From assembly GCA_001794905.1 (NCBI GenBank), contig MGLW01000068.1, positions 1 to 11,614 of the forward strand: DNA of 11,614 nucleotides, in the 5' to 3' direction. The notes under the pieces are model-generated. The model made no database searches. It saw only the letters and a list, made by a program, of their open reading frames with translations, and was not told the DNA's origin. Positions 1 through 6,310 of the stretch are shown here, piece by piece (position 1 is the stretch's first letter; each line of letters begins with the position of its first letter). Origin of the DNA: Chlamydiae bacterium RIFCSPHIGHO2_12_FULL_49_11. Lineage in GTDB: Bacteria; Chlamydiota; Chlamydiia; Chlamydiales; 2-12-FULL-49-11. Both the position numbers and the translations under genes were made by a program.

Positions 1-20
1 TCCATAGATCAACCTTCCTT
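1..20 (-). other. Probable ribosome-binding site and start codon of a gene running off the left edge
   Basis: Minus strand reads AAGGAAGG (20-13), a 7-nt spacer, then ATG (5-3). Only one full codon is visible, so no product can be assigned. Confidence 0.35.
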
Positions 21-74
21 GTTTTTTTCAGGAAGATGGTAGCATCTCAACTTATTTTTTGTCTCATGACTACA

Positions 75-290
75 CTATCTAGAAAAACAAATTTCAAATT
101 CTCTTCTCGCGCTCACTTCTGACTTTATGGGGGCTCTATTATCAAGCAGTATTTTGAGAGCATGAAAGAGGCAGGTCGGCCCTTTTTGAGCTTTCCTCAC
201 GACGCGAGCCAACGAATGATCCCAGGGATTTGGCTTGCCGCCCGGTATCAGGTGAAAGGCACTTAAATCTTGATTTTGAACCGTGTCCAT
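75..290 (-). CDS. 71-aa ORF; possible truncated remnant of a papain/C39-like cysteine protease, or a small protein
   Basis: Its ATG lies 32 nt downstream of the -10 box of a near-consensus promoter. It contains KAQKGPTCLFHALKIL, a Q-x-G-P-T-C followed by a hydrophobic helix. It ends at TAG 77-75, and the same frame hits another stop at 11-9. Confidence 0.4.
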   Translation of the reverse strand: MDTVQNQDLSAFHLIPGGKPNPWDHSLARVVRKAQKGPTCLFHALKILLDNRAPIKSEVSARREFEICFSR

Positions 291-322
291 AGTATTCGTT
301 GTAGATGTTACAACGATAGGTA

Positions 323-351
323 ATTATAATCAACGGTTCTGTACATGACAA
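323..351 (-). promoter_or_regulatory. sigma70/sigma66-type promoter
   Basis: Minus strand TTGTCA (351-346), exactly 17 nt, then TATAAT (328-323): a 5/6 match at -35 and 6/6 at -10. Confidence 0.75.
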
Positions 352-371
352 AAAAGGATGATTCACCACCC
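350..371 (-). terminator. Candidate weak intrinsic terminator for the permease-leuS-waaA transcript
   Basis: Minus strand GGGTGG-TGAA-TCATCC-TTTTTT forms a 6-bp stem (two G:U pairs) with a 4-nt loop and a U6 tail, about 95 nt after the waaA stop. Confidence 0.4.
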
Positions 372-401
372 GCTCATCGTACCGCTGCGGAGTGTGGGTA
401 T

Positions 402-443
402 CGAAAATCGATTTTCGGAAGTTTGACATTCCGGGTCAAATTC
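402..443. repeat. Adjacent palindrome and inverted repeat
   Basis: Perfect 16-bp palindrome CGAAAATCGATTTTCG (402-417), followed by TTTGAC-N7-GTCAAA (422-440), which extends to GAA...TTC (418-443) with one bulge. Confidence 0.7.
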
Positions 444-465
444 AGAAATTATTAGACGACACGCC

Positions 466-1608
466 CTAATCAAGGATAGTTTCCTGCACCACTTTTTCCC
501 AAATGCGCTGCCCCTCTCCTCTTACTAGGGTAAAGAAAGAGGCGATTTTTTCTTCGATTCCCCCCTCCCCTATCCCGCGAAGGATTTCGGCAAGAGCGTC
601 CATAGAAATCGTGCGGGCAAGTCCGTTTTCTAAAAGGGGATCCACAATGGAACGTTGTTTGTGCATGCCTTCACCAAAGAAAACGTGTGCTCGGTGAAGG
701 AGGGGCTCTATCGGACTATGGCCTGCACCCCCGGGGATGAAACTGGCTCCGATCAGTACCACTTTTGCTTTGGCATAGTAGGTATCCAAAACGCCCATCT
801 GATCGATGAGAATGCACGGAGCATCCCTATTTTCCGACGATCTGGCAAAGGAGATGCCCCGTTTTTTGAGAAGCGCTGCTACCGTATCGAACCTTTCGGG
901 ACGGCGCGGCGCAATGACGATTTTCCACGCGCCAAGTACGGGTCCGACCGCATCGAGAAACATCTCCTCTTCTCCGGCATGGCTACAAGTGAGCATCACA
1001 ATATCTTCTTTTTGCACCGCCCGCGGCACAGGCCGGTCAAATTTGAGATTGCAAGAAACTTCGGCCCGGGGCGCGCCAAGCTCCTCGATGCGCCGCCGGT
1101 CAACTTCTGTTTGCATATAGGCGGAGGTGATTTTGGAAAAAAGAGGTTTTGCGATGAAAGGGACCTGCTTCCAACGCCGGTATGCAGTGCTCGACAGGCG
1201 GCCGTTGATCAGAATGATAGGCACATCCAAAGAAGCGATCAAGTTGGGCCAGAAATCGGTCTCGATCAAAATAAAAAGGTCGGGATCGATCGCCGCAATG
1301 CTCCTCTTGACGAGGGGGGGGAAATCAAACGGCAGGTAAAAAGAGTGGGCGATCTTGGAATTTTTTTTGGCTGCATCGAGTGCGACGGGTGTTCCTGTCG
1401 TAGCAATGATCTCATACCCTTCTACGTGGTCCAGGAGCGGAAACGCCGTCTTGATTTCACCGAGAGAGACGCCGTGCACCCACAGACGGGGCCTTGTTTT
1501 TGGCGGCATCGATATGCTCCGGAATTTGGCAAAAAAAAGCTGCCGATACTTTTTGTGTATCAGTTTGGGAAATTGCAGGAAAATCCAGAAAACATAAAGT
1601 AAGGTCAC
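466..1608 (-). CDS. waaA: 3-deoxy-D-manno-octulosonic acid (Kdo) transferase, GT30
   Basis: N-terminal membrane anchor and GT30 motifs LWVHGVSLGE, YLPFD, ILIETDFWPN, LINGRLS, NLKFD, APRRPERF, GHSPIEP. The GTG start overlaps the leuS stop (GTGA). Confidence 0.95.
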   Translation of the reverse strand: MTLLYVFWIFLQFPKLIHKKYRQLFFAKFRSISMPPKTRPRLWVHGVSLGEIKTAFPLLDHVEGYEIIATTGTPVALDAAKKNSKIAHSFYLPFDFPPLVKRSIAAIDPDLFILIETDFWPNLIASLDVPIILINGRLSSTAYRRWKQVPFIAKPLFSKITSAYMQTEVDRRRIEELGAPRAEVSCNLKFDRPVPRAVQKEDIVMLTCSHAGEEEMFLDAVGPVLGAWKIVIAPRRPERFDTVAALLKKRGISFARSSENRDAPCILIDQMGVLDTYYAKAKVVLIGASFIPGGAGHSPIEPLLHRAHVFFGEGMHKQRSIVDPLLENGLARTISMDALAEILRGIGEGGIEEKIASFFTLVRGEGQRIWEKVVQETILD

Positions 1609-4073
1609 AGCACCACATTGATAAGTTTATCGGGAACGTAAATCACTTTGCGGATCTCTTTGGTCAGATGCCGCTGCACGTTGGGATCTTGCTTTAAAAG
1701 CGAAAGTGCTTCGGATTCGTTGAGCCCCTTCTTACATACCGCCTGCCCGCGCACTTTCCCCATCACTTGAAAGACGAGGTTGACCGTGTCTTCCTCTAGC
1801 GAGGAGGGATCGAAATTCGGGTACGGAGCACGAACAAGGTCCCCTTCTCCGCCGAGCATCTCCCACCCTTCTTCGGCAAAGTGCGGCGCAAAAGGAAAAA
1901 GTAGTTGCATCACATGGAGCAAACATTCTCTCGGATACGTGTTAAGTTTGGAAAAGTTGTTGAGAAATTCCATCATTTTGGCAATGGCCGTATTGAAGGC
2001 AAGGCCTTCGAGATCGGAAGTCACTCCGGCGATGAGTCTGTCGGTGAGAATGCGCGCCTCTCGATTGTTTTCCTCTGTGATTTTTTCGGAAACAAGAAGG
2101 TCGAAAAGTCGGTTCAAAAAGCGCCGGCAGCCCATGAGCGCTTCCATCTGCCACACTTTTTCCTTGTCAAACGGGGTCATGAAGAGCACATAGAGTCTGA
2201 GCGAATCGGCCCCGACCTCATCGATGATTTCATCGGGGGAAACGCCGTTGAATTTCGATTTCGACATTTTTTCAATCTGGCTGATGAGTTTTTTTCCGCT
2301 CGCCTTGTGGATATACACTCCCTCTTCTTCGACCACCTCATCGGCCGAAACGTAACCACCGCTTTCAAACTTGTAAGAACGGCTCGTGACGAGCCCCTGG
2401 TTGCGGAGCGACCGGAACGGCTCGCTTGTCGACACCAGTCCGAGGTCAAAGAGCACCTTATGCCAGAATCGGGCATAGAGAAGATGGAGCACCGCGTGCT
2501 CGACTCCTCCGATGTAGAGATCGACCGGCATCCAGTAATTTTCCGTCTCTTTCGACCACGCCTCTTGACTATTTTTCGGGTCGCAAAAACGGAGATAATA
2601 CCAGCAAGAACCGGCCCACTGCGGCATCGTATTGCTTTCCCGGAAGACGCGCCGCTTGGTTTTCGGATCGACCGTTTCGATCCATCCGCGGCACCGCCGG
2701 AGGGGGCTACTGCCGTCTCCCGACGGCTTGAACTCTTCAATCATGGGAAGTGTAAGAGGAAGCTCATCGAGCTCGAGCGATCGTTTCGTGCCGTCGTCGT
2801 AATGATAAATGGGGAACGGCTCTCCCCAATACCGTTGCCGCGAAAAAAGCCAATCCCGCAATTTGTACTGCACCGTTTTTTCCGCAGCGCCCCGCTTTTC
2901 AAGGGCAAGGATTGCGATTTCTTTGGCCTGCACCTCGGTCTTTCCTGCCAAGGGAAGAACATCATCCAGGTAATTCCCCTCCTCATCTTTCACGGCAGCA
3001 ATCGGAAGTTCATACTTCCCGGCAAAATCGAAATCACGGCTATCATCGCTCGGCACCCCCATCACCGCCCCTTTTGCGTAATGCATGAGGACATAGTCGG
3101 CGACATATACGGGGATTTTATTACCGGTAATCGGATGCACGACATAGCCGCCCGTAAAAACGCCGGTCTTTTCTTTGGCAAGGTCGGTCCTCTCCAGGTC
3201 GCTTTTAAGCATGGCCGCACGCTGATATCCTTCCACTTCTTTTCGCTGCTTGCGAGAAATAATGCGGGAAACAAGAGGATGTTCGGGAGAGATGGCAAGG
3301 AACGTGACACCGCCGATCGTATCGGCACGGGTCGTATAACACTCGAGAACTTCTTTGCCCCCGTCCACTTTAAAACGGATATTGGCCCCCTCGCTGCGCC
3401 CGATCCAATTTTCCTGCAATTTTTTTAAATGGTCAGGCCAGTCTAGCCCCGGTAAATCTTCGAGAAGCCTGTCGGCGTAGGCGGTGATTTTCAATATCCA
3501 CTGTTTGAGGGGACGTCTTTCGACCGGAAAGCCTCCCTCGATCGACTTTCCGTTTTCCACCTCTTCGTTGGCAAGCACCGTACCAAGCGCGGGGCAAAAG
3601 TTGACGAGCACCTCGGCCTCGTAAGCAAGCCCCTTTTCATAGAGTTTCGTAAAAATCCACTGCGTCCATTTGTAATACGAAGGGTCGGAGGTGGCTACTT
3701 CGCGGTCCCAGTCGTAAGCAAACCCAAGCGCCTGGAGCTGCCGCTTGTAGGTCGCCATATTTTTTTCGGTCGTGATTTGCGGATGGGTGCCGGTGCGGAT
3801 CGCATACTGCTCGGCTTGCAAGCCAAAGCTGTCCCACCCCATCGGATGAAGCACATTGAATCCCCTTTGCCACTTGTAACGGGCAATGGCATCGCTTCCG
3901 GTATAGCCCACTACATGGCCGACGTGCAGCCCCGCGCCGGAAGGATAAGGAAACATATCAAGAACGTAATACTTCGGCTTTGACCGGTCGATTTCAACAC
4001 TGTACGCCTTCGTTTTTTTCCACTTTTCCTGCCATTTCGGCTCTATAGCATCCGGATAGTATTTCTTCTTCAT
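1605..4073 (-). CDS. leuS: Leucine--tRNA ligase (class Ia)
   Basis: MFPYPSGAGLHVGH (HIGH motif), PMGWDSFGL, CP1 editing insert, LRDWLFSRQRYWGEPFP, YIGGVEHAVLHLLYARF, KMSKS, and C-terminal KVIYVPDKLINVV; 822 aa. Confidence 0.99.
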   Translation of the reverse strand: MKKKYYPDAIEPKWQEKWKKTKAYSVEIDRSKPKYYVLDMFPYPSGAGLHVGHVVGYTGSDAIARYKWQRGFNVLHPMGWDSFGLQAEQYAIRTGTHPQITTEKNMATYKRQLQALGFAYDWDREVATSDPSYYKWTQWIFTKLYEKGLAYEAEVLVNFCPALGTVLANEEVENGKSIEGGFPVERRPLKQWILKITAYADRLLEDLPGLDWPDHLKKLQENWIGRSEGANIRFKVDGGKEVLECYTTRADTIGGVTFLAISPEHPLVSRIISRKQRKEVEGYQRAAMLKSDLERTDLAKEKTGVFTGGYVVHPITGNKIPVYVADYVLMHYAKGAVMGVPSDDSRDFDFAGKYELPIAAVKDEEGNYLDDVLPLAGKTEVQAKEIAILALEKRGAAEKTVQYKLRDWLFSRQRYWGEPFPIYHYDDGTKRSLELDELPLTLPMIEEFKPSGDGSSPLRRCRGWIETVDPKTKRRVFRESNTMPQWAGSCWYYLRFCDPKNSQEAWSKETENYWMPVDLYIGGVEHAVLHLLYARFWHKVLFDLGLVSTSEPFRSLRNQGLVTSRSYKFESGGYVSADEVVEEEGVYIHKASGKKLISQIEKMSKSKFNGVSPDEIIDEVGADSLRLYVLFMTPFDKEKVWQMEALMGCRRFLNRLFDLLVSEKITEENNREARILTDRLIAGVTSDLEGLAFNTAIAKMMEFLNNFSKLNTYPRECLLHVMQLLFPFAPHFAEEGWEMLGGEGDLVRAPYPNFDPSSLEEDTVNLVFQVMGKVRGQAVCKKGLNESEALSLLKQDPNVQRHLTKEIRKVIYVPDKLINVVL

Positions 4074-6208
4074 GCGAGGATATTATCCAAATCTACCGTT
4101 TCATTTGCAATCACAAAAATGACGTGGGGAAGAGATGATGTTCCCTCCATCACCCCCTTGAAGTACGCCGCATAATCTTCCGTTTCGGAAGGGGCCTTCA
4201 ATCCTAAAATAACCAGGTCTGCACCGCTCGATAACAGGCAAATTTCAGATAGCAGTGCCTCTTTTTCATACACCACCCCGAACGCTTTTAGCCTGGCCTT
4301 ATCGATAAACTGGGCAAGGTATTGCCTCTTTTCTTCTTGGGCCACCCGACTTTTGGCAAACGATTTCACGAGGACGTTTTTTCTGTAAAAGCGGGCATTT
4401 TGTTTGAGAAGGAGTGTGAGAAGAATCGAAAACGAAGCATTTTTCCTGCGCCTGTCGTCCCACCACACATCGATATCGCCGTCGCGGCTTTTCCCTGCGT
4501 CGCCGCGCACGATAATCACATTTTTTTTCGCTTCTGACGCGATTTTCAAAAGTTTGACATACCCCTCGAAATGAGCCGGATTTTGACACTCGCCGAGAAG
4601 CACCGTGTTCGGCTCGATACAGCCGAGGGTATAATTGGAAAGGAGAGACTTGAACCCTTCGGCGAGAGATTCGGCAAGGGCCACCTCCACTAAAGCCTCG
4701 ACGTGGTTTTTTCGGAGGTTTTCACGGATGACCGCCGTCCACCGGTCCAGCGAAGCGATAGGTACCGACCCTTCACGGATCACCGAAGCCAGGGTCAAAA
4801 AACCTCGGCGGTTTGTGAGCATCTCGGAAAAGCGGACAAGGGGCGACTTTTGCGAGGCGTTCTCCGATAAAATGAGCAGGTTCGGGCGCCAGGAACGCAT
4901 CGACGGCGGCATGAATGAGAGCTTGTAAATCACGCGCCGGGCAAGGGAAAATAGAATACTTTGCCTGAGGTCGTCAAAACGGGAACGGCCGGAGCGCCCT
5001 CTCAAAAGACGCGTCATGACCATGAGGAGGACAAGTGCGATGAGACTCACTTCCAGATCGACTTTAAACATCACAAACAGGATGAGCAGGACGGCAAAAA
5101 TAGACACTTTCCATGAAGTGCGGAGCGTCGGCCGCCAGGAAGGGGCCCCGACAAAATCTTCAATAGCGGCAGCCAAATTGATCATTCCATATACGATAAA
5201 AAAGACCATCGCCAAAAAGGGGATCAATACTTCGATCGAACCGAAAAGAAGAAAGGCGTAACACAGTCCGAACGTAAACACCAGAGAAAGCCTCGGATCT
5301 TCCACCGTCGAATATTTGGTAAGCCAAGGAAATACAATCTTGTCTTTCGCGATCGCATGCAAAATGCGCGGCGCCGAAAGAAATGCCCCCAGAGCACTCG
5401 ACAGAGAGGCAGCAATGGCCGCCCCCTTGATGAGAAGGGGAAACGGGGACGCGGCGAACAAATTCCCCTGTTTATGAGATAGGAAATAAAAGAGGATCGC
5501 ATAAATCACCCCGGCCACTATGACGGTGGCGAACGAACCACGAATCAAGCTAGGCGCAGGATCTTTTAAGTCTCCAGAAAAAGAAACTCCCGTCTCAACC
5601 CCTGCAAGCGCCGGATAAAAAAGGGCAAAAATCGTCCAGAACGGCTGCGGCGAAAGGTTTGACGGCCCCGTATCGGGGGAAAAAAAGAGAGTCGAGATTC
5701 CCACAAGAAGAAGGCAAAAAATCAAAAATTGGGCGCGCAGGGCCAAATCACGCGAAAGAAGAGCCAAAATAAAAAGGAGGATCATGACAAAAATGCCGAG
5801 CGTCTCCGGCATGATCCCTACCATGGGAGCAAGCATGTTTGCCGCGCCCATCACGCAAAGCACAAGCGCTACCGCTTCGGCAATGTAAAGGAAAATCCCG
5901 ATCGACGTACCGATTTCGATCCCGAAAGAACGGGAAAGGACGAAGTACACTCCTCCCCCCTCCATCTTCCGGTTCGAAATCGCGCTTGATAGGGAAAAAG
6001 TCGTGATGAGGGTGATGACCATTCCGAGGAGGAATATGGGAGCAAAAAAAGAAAAACCGCGCGATAAAATCGTCTCGTAGGGAAGATACACCAGACTGCC
6101 GAGCATGGTAATGATGCCCGGAACAAAGACGCCGAAAAAGGCGCCGATTTTTCTCTTCTCCCCTGCAGCTCTTCTGGCGGCATTCGGGAGAACCGTAGTG
6201 CTTTTCAT
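4070..6208 (-). CDS. APC-superfamily permease of the SLC12 / cation-chloride cotransporter (CCC) type with cytosolic C-terminal domain
   Basis: CCC-type motifs GVFVP, GGGVYFVLSRSFGIEIGTSIG, SGDLKDP, APRILHAIAKD, WRP (twice), PNTVLLG, IDVWW, plus many hydrophobic segments. I place the start at ATG 6208 (712 aa) rather than TTG 6238, because a promoter -10 lies at 6221-6216. The stop overlaps the leuS start (ATGA). Confidence 0.88.
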   Translation of the reverse strand: MKSTTVLPNAARRAAGEKRKIGAFFGVFVPGIITMLGSLVYLPYETILSRGFSFFAPIFLLGMVITLITTFSLSSAISNRKMEGGGVYFVLSRSFGIEIGTSIGIFLYIAEAVALVLCVMGAANMLAPMVGIMPETLGIFVMILLFILALLSRDLALRAQFLIFCLLLVGISTLFFSPDTGPSNLSPQPFWTIFALFYPALAGVETGVSFSGDLKDPAPSLIRGSFATVIVAGVIYAILFYFLSHKQGNLFAASPFPLLIKGAAIAASLSSALGAFLSAPRILHAIAKDKIVFPWLTKYSTVEDPRLSLVFTFGLCYAFLLFGSIEVLIPFLAMVFFIVYGMINLAAAIEDFVGAPSWRPTLRTSWKVSIFAVLLILFVMFKVDLEVSLIALVLLMVMTRLLRGRSGRSRFDDLRQSILFSLARRVIYKLSFMPPSMRSWRPNLLILSENASQKSPLVRFSEMLTNRRGFLTLASVIREGSVPIASLDRWTAVIRENLRKNHVEALVEVALAESLAEGFKSLLSNYTLGCIEPNTVLLGECQNPAHFEGYVKLLKIASEAKKNVIIVRGDAGKSRDGDIDVWWDDRRRKNASFSILLTLLLKQNARFYRKNVLVKSFAKSRVAQEEKRQYLAQFIDKARLKAFGVVYEKEALLSEICLLSSGADLVILGLKAPSETEDYAAYFKGVMEGTSSLPHVIFVIANETVDLDNILA

Positions 6209-6215
6209 CGCATGT

Positions 6216-6245
6216 ATCATACATCCCGGGCGAGGCAAAGAGCAA
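6216..6245 (-). promoter_or_regulatory. Candidate promoter for the permease-leuS-waaA operon
   Basis: Minus strand TTGCTC (6245-6240), 18 nt, TATGAT (6221-6216), then 7 nt to ATG 6208. Confidence 0.5.
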
Positions 6246-6257
6246 TAGAATTGATTG

Positions 6258-6286
6258 TTGCGTCAAAACCTTCATTCCACTATCAT
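6258..6286 (+). promoter_or_regulatory. Candidate divergent promoter for the 430-aa gene
   Basis: TTGCGT (6258-6263), 17 nt, TATCAT (6281-6286), ending 24 nt upstream of ATG 6311. Confidence 0.55.
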
Positions 6287-6310
6287 CGGGGCAAGTTTTA
6301 GTTTGAAATA

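Noticed and set aside
9..77. Stop-codon readthrough or recoding of the 71-aa ORF at TAG
   Set aside because: The frame closes again after 21 codons (TGA at 11-9), and the long genes in the window read normally with the standard bacterial code.
142..429. 95-aa minus-strand ORF as a gene, or as the frameshifted 5' part of the 71-aa ORF
   Set aside because: It runs through the palindromes, candidate terminator and promoter, has no SD sequence and no protein motif. The promoter explains the region better.
655..1602. 315-aa ORF antisense to waaA
   Set aside because: In-register shadow of waaA (offset 189 nt) with no motifs or expression signals.
1905..3428. 507-aa ORF antisense to leuS
   Set aside because: It is in exact codon register with leuS (offset 300 nt), has no recognisable motifs and has a biased composition. 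This is a typical shadow ORF, with no evidence for sense/antisense coding.
4074..4300. T-box or attenuator leader upstream of leuS
   Set aside because: There is no leader space, because the leuS start overlaps the permease stop codon.
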